From: Schmidtea polychroa
Lineage: Eukaryota
Direction of reading: 5' to 3'
Assembly (NCBI GenBank): GCA_044892525.1
Contig: CM097887.1
Span: 87,150,397-87,214,396 of the forward strand
Length of the DNA stretch: 64,000 nt
Both the position numbers and the translations under genes were made by a program. The notes beneath the pieces were generated by a model that worked only from the letters and a program-made list of their open reading frames with translations, ran no database searches and had not been told where the DNA came from. Positions 22,101 through 31,410 of this stretch are shown here, piece by piece (within the stretch, counting starts at the first letter, position 1; each line of letters opens with the position of its first letter).

Positions 22101-25100
22101 CCTTGGCTGTTGTGTAGAATTCCTTTTCCATTGGTTCAAAATCTGGCAAGAATATTTTTAGTTGATATTTCTCAGGTGAGTTTTCGGCCCACTCTTGTTG
22201 TTTCCATTTCCGGATGATTTCACCAAACTGTTCAGGGTACCATACGTATACCCGTCGATATTCTTCAATCGCTTTAACGATTTTTCGTAGGTTTTGAATC
22301 CTTTTGCATGATTCGGCTATCCATTTTGCTAGTTCTACTACCGCTCGTCGACGATTTTTCGCACCGTTTTGTAATATCTCCATCAATTCCTTACATTTTT
22401 GTGCTTCCAACAATGTTGCTGCTTCCTCCTCATCTGCGTCGGCGTCTATTGGTAGATGTCCTGAATCAGGCACTCTTCTCCTCATCATACAGATTCTCGG
22501 TTGATTTTCTGGTATGTTCAGTCGTTGGTTCATTTCTTGTTCTGTTTCAACTTCTACTCTGATCTGGATAGCATTGTCTTTCACAAATATTGATTGTTCA
22601 TTCTCAATGTAATTTAGACGTATTAATTTAGACGTCCCAGAGGCGATATTTTCTAATGTTGTTGGTCGTTGGTAGCAGGTGCTTCTTGGGTCTGGTTTCA
22701 TTGTTTCTTTATGTACGTTAAGGTTATCTTTCAGTGGTTCGATCGCTATCGTTACCTTTCTGCTAAACGGCCATGGTACCTTATCGTCATAATTCCCTTT
22801 GCAGATGATGAAGAATGCCGACACATAATTTCCTTTTCCTACCCCATCTCCGTTCGGGTATATTCGCAATTTCATTTTGTACTCACCTAATCCTGAGTAG
22901 AACGGTGGACTTACTAATCGTGTGATTTTCTCTTCCCTTGCTGATTTTATCTTTTCCATCCAATTCTCAATTTTCCACGTGAATGGTGCTAACCTTACCG
23001 GTTCTCGTATATCCTCATCTTCTCCTGATTGTAACTCATTTTGGAATTCTTGTGGTAATATATCCTGGTAGGTATCGATTGGTTTCTCTCTTACCCATAC
23101 TGCTGCGATCTCTTCGGGTATATTATCTATCCAATTTGGTTCCAACTTTTGCTGCTCCCAATCCCATCGAGCTTCACTTTCGATCCACACTTTTTTCCAT
23201 GGTATCAGTTTGCAATCTTCGTCATTGAAGGCTGCTACTTTTAGTTTATCATCCTTTAGCCAATGGTTATAAATATCTATTATTCGATCCATCTTTGCTC
23301 TCATCCCCCATTGGAATCTTTTAATTTGTTGCTCTGTTTTGGTGGCGTTTTTGTGTCCACCCGATGGTTCATCCATCGCGATTATATTGATGACGGCTCC
23401 ATCTTCCCAGATTCCTAGTTCGTAAATTACAGTTCGGTCTCCTCTTTCTAACATATGCCGGTTGTACATTATTATCACATCTTCGATCATTCCATCCTCA
23501 CTATTTTCTCGAGCTTTTTGGATGATCTCTTGATCTATGATTTGCACTAACTCGTCAACTTGGCAATCGGGGTCAACTTCTATTATTTGTTTCTCTTCAT
23601 TTGGCAACTTCACCTTTATTTTTATCGTTTCTCGTTCGCATTTGGTTCTCTCGTATTCTCCGTATTTAGATATCAATTCTGTCGCTCGTTTATCTTCGAA
23701 TCTCATAATTTCCGTGTCTCGTACGTCTTTGACAAATTGTTTCATTAGTTGTGGCCATCTTTCTCTCAGTCTATTAATATATTTTCTTGCCTGATCGATA
23801 GCTTGTTTAACCAAGATTATTTGGTTTTCTTTCATTATTTTTCGTTCGATCTTTTCCAATTCTGGTTCCACTTCATTGTTAAACACTTGTTGGATTTTCT
23901 GGAACATTTCTGCCACTGATTCGTCGTCTCTGGTTTTCTCTAAGGTTAAGATGTTAGTTTCGTTTGGCCCTATCATCGCATCTACCAAATGTATGCCCAT
24001 TTTAAATTTGTAACCATCGACATATAATTGTTTATTTTTATGGCTCGTTCCCATTTTTTCCTGTACCCAGTTGTACAGTTCATCGGTATTTGTTCCTTTT
24101 AATTCAATAGTCTGTATCTGAATCTCTGGGTGTTGAATACTTACTTGATATTGATCTGGGCCTGCTTCCTTTAGTTTCTCTTTATATTTTGTTGCTAAAT
24201 CTTTCCATGCTGCCGTTATTATACCTCCTTCACACTGGTATACTTGAGTTATAAGTTTTACGCATTTTCTATATGTTAACTCGTTGATGTAGCTCTCATT
24301 CCGCTCTATTTCTGTTACTGTGTCGAAAATTTCCTCAAATATCTCCTCATCATCTTTTTCTATCATTGATTTCATGTCATCATTTTCACTCTCATCGCTA
24401 CTTTGAGGTGTTTCACTGTTTGGAGGTGTTTTCGGTTCGTTGTTTTCCTCACTTGACTGAAATAATTCGCCTCCCAGGCTACTCACCTCACTTTTCTCAT
24501 CTTCCTGATCCGTCTGATCACTCCGCATTTGTCTCAACATGTTTATTTTAGCTTTGGTATGTGGTTCTTTCTTTTCGAACCACTCATTTTTCCTGAACCA
24601 ATGCTCTTTCACTTTTTCTTTAATTTGTTCCTCAGTTAATGTAGGGTTTTCGTTTTTGATTCTGTCTTCGATTTTTTGTAGTAGTACCCTCTGAATTCGA
24701 TTTTTTGTAACTATCTCATTGCTTTTTGGTTCGTCTTTACCCTCATCTCTTTTTTGTCTTTTTTCTTTCTCCTCTTGGGTAAATTCTTTAATCAATTGTA
24801 TTTTCTCTTCACTGCTTAATTCTGTTCGTTGGTCAATCTCTTTTTCTTTTGTTATTTTTATCTCCTGGTTTATTATCAGATCACTCCCTTCGTTGTTAAC
24901 ACACTGCTCCGCAGTGTGCGATTCCTCTTTATTTGTTAACCTCATCATATTTATTCTTCCGGGATTCGCTTCCCGTTGTTTCCATCTTTCTTGAATTTCT
25001 CTGGCTTCTTCGTTTTGTAATCTTTGCCATTCGATTCGTTGTTGGTCTTGTTGTTGCTTACTTGGTTGTTTCCGGATTTCTTCGGTGCTCTGCATCATGT

Positions 25101-25335
25101 TGATTCGTTGTTGTTGATTATTAGTCGGTATTCGCTGGATCATATCTTTTAATTGTTCGATTTCCTGCATGAGGTTGATTTGTGTGTTCCGTATTGGATT
25201 GTTTGATCCTGGTTGGTTTGGTTTGGCTCTCATCGTGCATTCTCTTGCCATGTGTCCAGGCTGGTTACAATTGTAGGCATCGTGGGACCTCTGCAGATGT
25301 TTTCCGTGTGGCCTCTTCTCCCACACTTTTGACAC
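16105..25335 (-). CDS. pol: 3076-aa polyprotein: Zn knuckle, coiled coils, UBLs, MATH, Bcl-2-like, Env, PR, RT, RNase H
   Basis: Uninterrupted ORF; IDTGA, YIDD, LATDASG...EREALA...TTDH...ADCMSR. Confidence 0.95.
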   Translation of the reverse strand: MSKVWEKRPHGKHLQRSHDAYNCNQPGHMARECTMRAKPNQPGSNNPIRNTQINLMQEIEQLKDMIQRIPTNNQQQRINMMQSTEEIRKQPSKQQQDQQRIEWQRLQNEEAREIQERWKQREANPGRINMMRLTNKEESHTAEQCVNNEGSDLIINQEIKITKEKEIDQRTELSSEEKIQLIKEFTQEEKEKRQKRDEGKDEPKSNEIVTKNRIQRVLLQKIEDRIKNENPTLTEEQIKEKVKEHWFRKNEWFEKKEPHTKAKINMLRQMRSDQTDQEDEKSEVSSLGGELFQSSEENNEPKTPPNSETPQSSDESENDDMKSMIEKDDEEIFEEIFDTVTEIERNESYINELTYRKCVKLITQVYQCEGGIITAAWKDLATKYKEKLKEAGPDQYQVSIQHPEIQIQTIELKGTNTDELYNWVQEKMGTSHKNKQLYVDGYKFKMGIHLVDAMIGPNETNILTLEKTRDDESVAEMFQKIQQVFNNEVEPELEKIERKIMKENQIILVKQAIDQARKYINRLRERWPQLMKQFVKDVRDTEIMRFEDKRATELISKYGEYERTKCERETIKIKVKLPNEEKQIIEVDPDCQVDELVQIIDQEIIQKARENSEDGMIEDVIIMYNRHMLERGDRTVIYELGIWEDGAVINIIAMDEPSGGHKNATKTEQQIKRFQWGMRAKMDRIIDIYNHWLKDDKLKVAAFNDEDCKLIPWKKVWIESEARWDWEQQKLEPNWIDNIPEEIAAVWVREKPIDTYQDILPQEFQNELQSGEDEDIREPVRLAPFTWKIENWMEKIKSAREEKITRLVSPPFYSGLGEYKMKLRIYPNGDGVGKGNYVSAFFIICKGNYDDKVPWPFSRKVTIAIEPLKDNLNVHKETMKPDPRSTCYQRPTTLENIASGTSKLIRLNYIENEQSIFVKDNAIQIRVEVETEQEMNQRLNIPENQPRICMMRRRVPDSGHLPIDADADEEEAATLLEAQKCKELMEILQNGAKNRRRAVVELAKWIAESCKRIQNLRKIVKAIEEYRRVYVWYPEQFGEIIRKWKQQEWAENSPEKYQLKIFLPDFEPMEKEFYTTAKVREVKKRIPYELPFHLQHEGRSLDDDIEIGVTPLQGEIVNRLTVSKIAGRELRRREIKHKSSTQQPGSLDTPEVPNAVSEVTIETTGEDEILDELQEIVEAGEIMRASQSGDLFIDEGEPTTDDLNGFVCAQRQPVETTEAETDLDNVGGSANKDVTTTDEWSNWRVDPRATTSKDTTYNPPKRKETGTAMDRRTRGRPKTDKAEVEPKSKIQAQMEQVKTKMDKLSALVKQVKVKTNVREQGTRWINDLFANMLALANPDVKRVMRKDHIPTEAKQLWAVLKPIIMKIMDNKIRLTLKDPVELRLIVEHLLSRSEDQNRYLVGLAYLMYNVIGQYKKRMPKYNATGYEFTVTEIIKRSIEPYILEQGGWRNFIESTGKKDQTEMMQAKLRDLLTEFEGTINMNDPRASRKGMNAIITTILIWMMCIKGTESFAVYDCDNIKIHEKYSLKDTEDCKAANPRKLQTVMASVSYNVYQEADFIKTMVQECTVTRKIFAHHCGSSSHSTIIEPGLESTVILLSRGECEEGFRSGRIHLRQGIEIAAEPGKIKTTRVYTAGRITKGDGTCETGTYTLNGQLVSGVVVIESYEAKLERYQGYFDPDTQAMKKYPSCLASDRSCSTGMSTLVYHADQKVCRLMLLKTAIFEEIQGKVYSEPKGEAEKRAMEELRARKGFREDVITSKLESEVTPTAIISKDDGIGMRFIKNKMVSKCDEMVISTNYKGIYLSRRTLANAVGRLSEKDVKLYLYANNKMDFLYHRGLTSTEKVYHDLLRNDCLLNKEILRTKLAMAITNPDNAIPLLPLQEGYFGRIVGEVMYTYQCKKIMARLPENPTIPRDKCANELEIIHEGKPRFVQAVTRVMNPVGFQPNLFNCSNAYGPMYEKEDGQWVQFPSKTIVVTPKKFGLTELTTELEFKPIDVSQSGLYTPKDLESARAHLLFPAQRQAILSNIVTISGGNNYGESPNYELLLSPSHYQQATANMMKAMCGRFLVFGQMMAGILGIILIIQIVRVILTQMLACFDIYKRERKVNWKLAIGFLPFLAKTMVLHGHSKDIHRIKRLLKILTQMKGTDEEVGRKFKVIMRLEAERTQEKAKRTGKWKKWMNLRRDDDSDDNDDFDDDDNNQGGVMLINKNTATWENEKMKPWGSPYLQAPTNGPMRRPGTMRERIRMGTGRLPVPNIYPMAYEPNWAALDPTMIKPVKNVGQEVETRTIAVLQTPAGPSLTITVEVNGIEMDAMIDTGANISAINMNMLPGRLWPCIEETTMDVITCSKQSIAVVGRVWSTIEYKGVKVTTYLAVIRQLSVSCIIGTDVMPELLKEIVIDLSSMKLKDKTGQICTMRTEVRCSEKMIIPARTQTICYVKVDNEAKGDMIFEPSQKFEKRRELPLAREIVSINEDNEIPINITNFDEEDKVIYENERLGKLTPMMNIELPEIKSEGADEKELWTIDSELLNEDEKEQLRQLLIEFKNIFAASDLDLGTSDVTQHIIPLTDETPITLRPYRLAEAQKTVAEEEVQKMLDAGVIEPSCSPWQFPVVMVKKKDGTQRFCIDYRRLNAVTKRDTYPLPDINEMLQMLHGAAYFTSLDLKSGYWQIKVKEEDREKTAFTIGKDLYQFKKMPFGLTNAAASFQRCMNFVTHGIKQCMVYIDDLLIYSGTFEQHLIDIRNVFVRLKQWKLKLKPSKCDWAKERVTFLGHIVSAKGKEPDPRNVEKIKNCPITKTVTQVQEFLGLCGYYRKFIKNYATIAKPIQELTKKDTPFLWDREQQIAFESLRDKLIASPILIHPDFKKPFLLATDASGYASGAVLGQWDEEKRERVIGYYSKTFKKHEKNYSVTEREALAIIQAIKHFKYLLWGHEIIITTDHQPLVWLGQHKEASSRLMRWAMQLQEYSPYIKFKSGKANANADCMSRFVFEELMDHDVRRICMIIAEDIDFTNLKNEQKEDSELKLIIEFLDKNDMKIFNNDDRLKEHMEKKSSKIYNRERMAIGNGWRQTTDVSTRK
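16380..17700 (-). other. Reverse transcriptase and RNase H
   Basis: RFCIDYRRLN, LDLKSGYWQ, MPFGL, YIDD, TDAS. Confidence 0.97.
18110..18450 (-). other. Aspartic protease
   Basis: AMIDTGANIS ... IIGTDVM. Confidence 0.92.
18960..20805 (-). other. env: Envelope fusion glycoprotein, chuvirus/Monjiviricetes-like (class III)
   Basis: Signal-like segment, then FAVYDC..YSL..C, many conserved-looking Cys, GYFGRIVGEVMYTYQC, SGLYT, C-terminal TM segments. Confidence 0.8.
20975..21440 (-). other. Bcl-2-like domain
   Basis: BH2-like IEPYILEQGGWRNFIE; weaker BH1-like LIVEHLL..DQNRYLVGLAYL; helical. Confidence 0.6.
22548..22985 (-). other. TRAF-type MATH domain
   Basis: FTWKIENW..SPPFYS..YKMKLRIYPNGDG..YVS.F..CKG.YDD.VPWPF. 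Confidence 0.9.
23380..24150 (-). other. Two ubiquitin-like domains (23380-23625 and 23940-24150); a weaker third at 21975-22168
   Basis: IKIKVKLPNEEKQIIEVDPDCQVDEL...IMYNRHMLE and TIELKGTNTDELYNWVQEKMG...QLYVDG follow the ubiquitin pattern. Confidence 0.55.
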
Positions 25336-26345
25336 ATCCTTGCTCTATAACATTCATTGCTCCAATGCCCTGATCGTTGGCATATGTTGCACGTTCGATT
25401 GTCGTTGTTCCTGAAATTATTAGTGAAATTTTGAATATTACCTCCATTGTCTTGGTTTCTCGTTTGTGGGGTTTTGAACAACTGTTGCGATCCTGGGATG
25501 AATTGATTCATTACTGGATTTGCATTATTGACTTGGTTGTTTGTGGTTGTTGTTGTTGTTGCTGGAGCTGCTGGAGCTGCTGTCATTGCTGCTACTTGTA
25601 TTGGTGTTAGGTAAGTTTCACATTTGTTGGCTATTTTTAGTGCTTCTTCTAGCGTCTCTGGTGCTCGACATCCCAAGGTTGCTCGTATATCTTCTCGTTT
25701 CATGCCATCTACGAATACGGCTATTATCTTGTCTTCCGGAACTGGCTGATTTGAATCGAAGGCTTCTCGTGCTAGTCGTCTCAATTCGCATGCGTACAGT
25801 GCGTTGGATTCGTTATATTTCTGCTTTCGATGCAGAAAGTCTAACATTTTTCGATTTCCCTCTTTTTCGGTACCGAATGTTTTTATTAAAAACTCCTTGA
25901 TCTCTTTCCACGTTCTCAACTTTGTTGCATCACATTTCGCCTCCAAGTATACATCTTGGGCGCTTCCCTTTAGATATAGGGGTATTCGTTCTCGTACGAC
26001 TATGTCTGGCCAGTGACATATCGTAATGTATACTTCAAATTCTTTTATAAATGTTTCTAGCTGGTTTATATTTCCATCGAATGGCTCTCCTCGAAATTTC
26101 TCTCTGAATTCTCCAATGTTGACGTGCACATTACTTGTTTCCGGTGGGTCCGTTACCCTTTGTTCATTCGTGTTTCCGTCCGACATTATCTCTTGGCACA
26201 GTACGGTTATCTCTGTTGTCTCGGATATATTTTCCTCTTCTTCAGTTGATTCGACGTCGCTTATTGGATCTAATTCGGTTCGTTTGAAATCGTCGCTGTT
26301 CTCAAATTCGTTAGTTAAACTGTCTGATTCAAATACTGTTTCCAC
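25230..26345 (-). CDS. gag: Gag (capsid plus two CCHC knuckles); true start uncertain
   Basis: PFDGN...FIKEFE...LYLKGSAQDVY capsid motif; CNICQRSGHWSNEC and CQKCGRRGHTENIC. Confidence 0.92.
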   Translation of the reverse strand: METVFESDSLTNEFENSDDFKRTELDPISDVESTEEEENISETTEITVLCQEIMSDGNTNEQRVTDPPETSNVHVNIGEFREKFRGEPFDGNINQLETFIKEFEVYITICHWPDIVVRERIPLYLKGSAQDVYLEAKCDATKLRTWKEIKEFLIKTFGTEKEGNRKMLDFLHRKQKYNESNALYACELRRLAREAFDSNQPVPEDKIIAVFVDGMKREDIRATLGCRAPETLEEALKIANKCETYLTPIQVAAMTAAPAAPATTTTTTNNQVNNANPVMNQFIPGSQQLFKTPQTRNQDNGGNIQNFTNNFRNNDNRTCNICQRSGHWSNECYRARMCQKCGRRGHTENICRGPTMPTIVTSLDTWQENAR

Positions 26346-27264
26346 TGATGCTTGTTTCTTGTGTAGTTTTCTGTTTTTCTTGGCTCTTTCTATCTCTTCC
26401 TTTTCTAATAAACTGAGGTTTCCTTTACTTTTTCGTCTGGTTCGGCTAGCTATATTATCAATTTTTCCTCCTTTTAATATCCTTTGATAAATTTTCTACT
26501 TCGTCGATCGAGCTTGATGTTTCTAATTATTGTCTTGCTTTACTCTTTGCGATTCTCTAATTCCTCTTGGGTTTGGTTTCTTTAATTCTTCGCTTTTGAT
26601 TGATTTCTTTATATCTCTTGCTTTCTATTACTTTCTCGATTTCTTTGATTTCTTTCTGAATTGTTTGCTTTATTCTAAAATAATTAACACCTCTAGTACA
26701 TATCATAAATTCTCTTTATTAAACCCTTCATTTACTTCCCATTTTCCCTTTATTTTACTGTTCCTTCGCTTCAAATTTCTAACTTTTCTACACTTCTCGT
26801 TATTCGCCCCATTTTGACTTTAAGTTGATTTTAAATTATCTATAACTCGTATCAATTATCTATATAGTCGTATCAATTATCTATCCCTTTTATAATCATC
26901 ATAGAAATATAATATCAATCACATAAATATCAAAATAAACATATCATTAATAAATAAAATTCAATAATTCAACTACTATCTATTCGTTCGCTTTTCCCCA
27001 TCCAAAGACTGGTCTCATTTTTACTTGCGCCGGCGCTCTATCATAATTTCCCTTTACTTATTACATATTTAACGCACTTAATCTATTTCAATTTAATCAA
27101 TTCCATAGTTAATCATCAATGCTTTGGTTCGCGCGACCTCTGCATCTACCTTTATTTACCATCGACTCCCTGACCGGTTCAATCAACTCTCCTATTTCAT
27201 TTAAATCATTTCACTCAATTACCATCGGCTCCCTGGCCGGTTTAATCAACTCATTTTAATCTCA

Positions 27265-27581
27265 TGAAGTCTTTTACGACTCCTCGACGCCTGGGCTTTT
27301 ACACCGTTACGCCATATAATCCATTATTACCCATCAACGCTTTGGTTTGTTGGACCTCCACGTCGGCATCGGCTTCCGACCGGTTTAATCATAATTTGAA
27401 GTCTTTTACGACTCCTCGACGCCTGGGCTTTTACACCATTACGCCATATTATCCATTGTTACCCATCAACGCTTTGGTTTGTTAGACCTCCACGTCGGCA
27501 TCGGCTTCCGACCGGTTTAATCATAATCTGAAGTCTTTTACGACTTCTCGACGTCTGGGCTTTTACACCATTACGCCATAT
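27265..27581. repeat. 132-bp tandem repeat, about 2.4 copies, in the 5' leader
   Basis: Units start at 27265, 27397 and 27529. Confidence 0.9.
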
Positions 27582-27744
27582 TCGCGGTCTTCGGTCCCTG
27601 ACCGGTTTCAAATGCCCTAAATGAGGTTTCTTCAACCCCTCGACGCTTTCGGTTTTTACACCTACTATCGTCCCTACCGCGATTAAATTGAGTTGACAGT
27701 TGGCTTTCGGACTAATTAAAATTTAAGGCTCCTCCTACTCAAAT

Positions 27745-28260
27745 TCCTAATCTGCTGAGGCCTCACAACTGGTTCAATTCTTGGCCGCTTATTGAAAAGA
27801 GTCTAATACCGGTAACTCTAATCTCATCGCCGTTTCACTGGGCCTATCGGTACTCGGTGTGGGCATCCGGGTTTTGTACCGACCTCTGCTAGCAATAATC
27901 ACGAAGAAAAAACATCCTATCTGTCAGGATTTAAAAAACATGGAAATGCCTAATCGCCTCGATCGTGCTCTCAAAAGTGATGAACCAGATCTCCCGACTA
28001 GTGAAGATAAAAGGAAATTGGATATGCAGTTGACTTTCGGTCCTCTGCCTCACAACTGGTCCAATCTTGGTTGCCTATTGAGTACGAGTCCTTTACCGGT
28101 TGACTCGCATCTCACAACCGTTTCACTGGGCTCCTTAGTACTCGGTGTAGGTAACTTGGTCTCTCTCGCTCGCTACCCTTCCGGGTTTTTGTACCAAGTC
28201 CCGCTAGCATCTCAAAAAAGTGCGCCCAATACTCGGTGTGGTATCCGGGGTTTTGTATTG
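27745..28260. repeat. Diverged ~300-bp direct repeat in the 5' leader
   Basis: GCCTCACAACTGGT, CCGTTTCACTGGG and TACTCGGTGT blocks recur. Confidence 0.7.
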
Positions 28261-28994
28261 GGTGATCCAGTATCATCAGTCCCTTGGCTGATAATCTCCT
28301 GGACACTACAGTCCGGTGGTTAGCCGCTGTACTCGGGTGCCTCATCACTCGCTAGGGAAAAATCATTATTCCTCATCCGATTTGAAGTCCAAAAACGGTT
28401 TCTTCAAATCCGCAGCTGCTCTCGGATTAAATTTTTAACATTTAGCGCGCGTTTTTCGATTTTTATTTTATTTTCTATTTTTATTTACCCTTTTAGTCAA
28501 TCCCCGTTTCCCAGACAAAAAAATATAATAATCGCGTTTTTCGTCTCTCATAAGTGGTGATCAGTCACTCGACAGAAACTCCCCAACATTTGCGATGGAT
28601 CCTATCACATTCTCTTGTCAGGGTGATCAGGTTTTCCCCATCCGGGTAAGTGTCGTAAGGACGATGCACTTATCATCCCCTTATCCCATATCTCTCTATG
28701 CCAAAAATAATAACAGGAAGAAAAGAAAGTGGGAATAGAAATCGTACCGATCTTATAGATCAGCTCATTTATACGACTAAATCAGCCCCGTTTCCAACTT
28801 TACTTTTTGTTGTACTAACTGCTATGTTGCTTGTCTATTTATTTAACGTCTTTTGTGTCCTTTATATGTTTATGTTTCTCGTATGTTTTACACCTTTCGG
28901 TTGCTATAGGAGTTTTATCATAATTTATTATTTATTTTATCATTTCTTATTCATTCATAACTCGCTTCTTTATCATTTATTCACTCACATCTCC

Positions 28995-29477
28995 CTATGG
29001 GAGGTATACTACAACTCTTTTTCGAACGTTCGTATCGCATGCATTACATCGTTTTACTTTTTCTGCGCAATTCTCGCAGTAGCATAAATGGCCACAGGGT
29101 ATCATCATTACCCGTATTTCGTTGTTTCTACATATAAGGCATTTTCTAAAATCTTTAACTTGGTGTTCAATTGCTTCTCTGATTTCGTCTTCGATTGTTT
29201 CCATTTTTATCATTATCTCTTGCCATTTGATGTTAAACTTCGCATTATCCAATCGTAAATTTTGGATTTGGTAAACTCTTTCAGTAGTCAGTTCCGCATT
29301 GGGTGTTGCTATTCTCATCATAACACATACTTCCTCAGCTTGCGGTCTTGGTTTCAAGCTCAGTTCATCTTGGATTTTTAATAACTGGTCTGCTTTTCGA
29401 TTTAGTCGTTGTAGTGAATTGCTTGTCAAATTAACAAAGTTTTCGAGTTTCTTTACAATGTAGCCGGCTAATTCCAT
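28995..29477 (-). CDS. ORF upstream of gag: coiled coil plus IAP-type RING
   Basis: CLIC..MIPCGH..CENC..CNAC..VVVYLP at the C-terminus. Confidence 0.85.
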   Translation of the reverse strand: MELAGYIVKKLENFVNLTSNSLQRLNRKADQLLKIQDELSLKPRPQAEEVCVMMRIATPNAELTTERVYQIQNLRLDNAKFNIKWQEIMIKMETIEDEIREAIEHQVKDFRKCLICRNNEIRVMMIPCGHLCYCENCAEKVKRCNACDTNVRKRVVVYLP

Positions 29478-30188
29478 CTAATTACAATTTATTAATTTAA
29501 AATTTATTAATAACCCACATTATTTTTCCCATTTAATAATACTCTTATTATCCCTTTCCCCGGTGTCATGATTATTCATATTTTTGGATTTTATTCAGAT
29601 AATGTCGCCCTTGATTTGTTCTTCTGTGCGAATCCCTTGTCCATAATTTTAGTTATTTATTATATTCATTTTATTATATATAATCCATATCCCGTTATCC
29701 CATCATATTCCTCACGTTTTTTAAATTAACTTTGATTACATTATTCATTTATTTCATATTCGTTGGCGTGCTATCCCCCCTTTTTTCCCTATTTTTAAAT
29801 TTTTCTTATCTCATTTATTTACATTTTTTAATCATTGGTATTTACAATTTTATTATATTTTTGTTTTTTATTTCGTTTTTCATTTATAATCATTTCGCCT
29901 TAAGTCATTCATACAATATTCTAGTATCGGATTTCATTACCTTCTTATATTTGCTCAATTTGAAAACTTTCATCCATTACTTAAAAATTCAACATTCATT
30001 TACATCATATTAGTTTCTATTTATCAGACATTTATTTTCCTCATACTAGTTTCCACGTATCAGGCATTCATTTTCATCAAACCAGTATCTATACATAAGA
30101 TTGTTGTATTTTGAAACATAGTAAACTTTCCATTTGTGCTTCCCGATAACCTATTTTTGCCGTTTCTTTCATCAAAAAGATGTTTCCA

Positions 30189-30206
30189 ATCCCGGCTGAG
30201 CCCCCA
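30189..30206 (-). promoter_or_regulatory. Primer binding site, tRNA-Pro
   Basis: Minus strand TGGGGGCTCAGCCGGGAT is complementary to a tRNA-Pro 3' end (ATCCCGG..GAGCCCCCA) and lies 4 nt from the LTR CA. Confidence 0.9.
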
Positions 30207-30536
30207 AATTTGTATGGTGGGTTACAGGTACTGTAAATCTTTTTACCTCCTCATGCTGTTTCCAGCGTAACCCAGTATACAATTCATAGCTGACCACTTG
30301 AAACCCGTTGAGCAATCAACGTTGGTACTGTATCAAGGGTTTGGGCACTAGCAAAAAGTGAGCATGCTTAACATACTATAATTGTCTAGCACCCACTGGG
30401 GTTCACGGACTGCCGTTAGAAGGCCTATGTCCGATTTCTTTTCGTCCCCGTTACAACAATTAACATTATAATAAAAGGAAATCAAAATGCCCGCTATGGA
30501 CGCACTGTGAAGATTTATTTTGACAACATGAATCGC

Positions 30537-31001
30537 TTATCGTGTGCTGGTCGGTTCTCTTGGCGTAGCCTCTGATTCAGTAGCATGGAGAGCTAATTGG
30601 GCCTGGCTGGCCTGCCTTATCCTCGCTCGTGCCGCTTTTCCCGGCCGAATCTTCTTCCTTGGGGTTACTATTGTGGGGGCAGGTTCCTTTGGTCGATGGA
30701 GCAACTCATCTAAAGGCCGGATCTTGGCAATGACCTCTCACTCCAGCTCCTGTTGATGCACCTTGGCTCCCAGTTCCCTCACCCTTAAGCGGAGGGCCCG
30801 CAACTCAATCTGGTCTTGAGCATTCTGAAGTTGTAGTTGGGTGATTAACTTCATCTTCTTCTTCATCTCCGCTGGTGGGAACCAGGTACACTCGAAGTTC
30901 CGACAGTGGGCCTTGACTCGTGTCCACTTAGTCCGGTATTCGTCTACCTGTCGTTGTGCCTGTTCCCTATCGGCTCGTATCTCTTCCAAGAGTTTCTGCA
31001 C
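30537..31001 (-). pseudogene. Second LTR-encoded coiled-coil ORF, 155 codons with one internal TGA (30738-30740)
   Basis: The frame stays open for about 66 codons past the TGA (EVIAKIRPLDELLHRPKEPAP...); no ATG; preceded by CTTTGTTTAG; partial copy at 1-218. Confidence 0.4.
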
Positions 31002-31410
31002 TAAACAAAGGTAAGATCAATGATTTTTACATCGACATCGAGGGTCGGGCATTATTATGGGCATTAAGGCTAAAAGAAAGTAATCTCCTCGTCGTAGTCC
31101 TTCGCTATGCGCACCCCAAGACCGAGACCTAGTTGTCTTACTCAACCTATAGGGTTGTTGTCGCTATAGAAATGTGTATTCAACAATGATGATAGTCCAC
31201 GTCATGGACATTACAAACAATCCACACAATTAAATTGTCACCGACCATCAAGACACAAACAAACCTTAAATAATTATGATGAACTGTTAAGGCCTAACAT
31301 ATTTTATTCAATCCTGGATTAAAGAGGTTTAATCCAGTACATAATATCACCTAATACACCCGACACTAAGGTCAGCACAAAATGATTAGTTTTGATCCCG
31401 AGTTTTCCGC

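Noticed and set aside
12097-26487. Many short plus-strand hydrophobic ORFs
   Set aside because: Reverse complement of the A-rich polyprotein; compositional artefacts.
26525-26812. N-terminal Gag extension starting MGRITRS at 26812
   Set aside because: Multiple stops in all frames; cannot be supported as coding.
27265-27581. CRISPR-like array
   Set aside because: Whole units are repeated with no unique spacers, in a eukaryotic retroelement context.
30189-30206. tRNA-Pro gene
   Set aside because: Only the 18-nt 3' end is present; it is the PBS.
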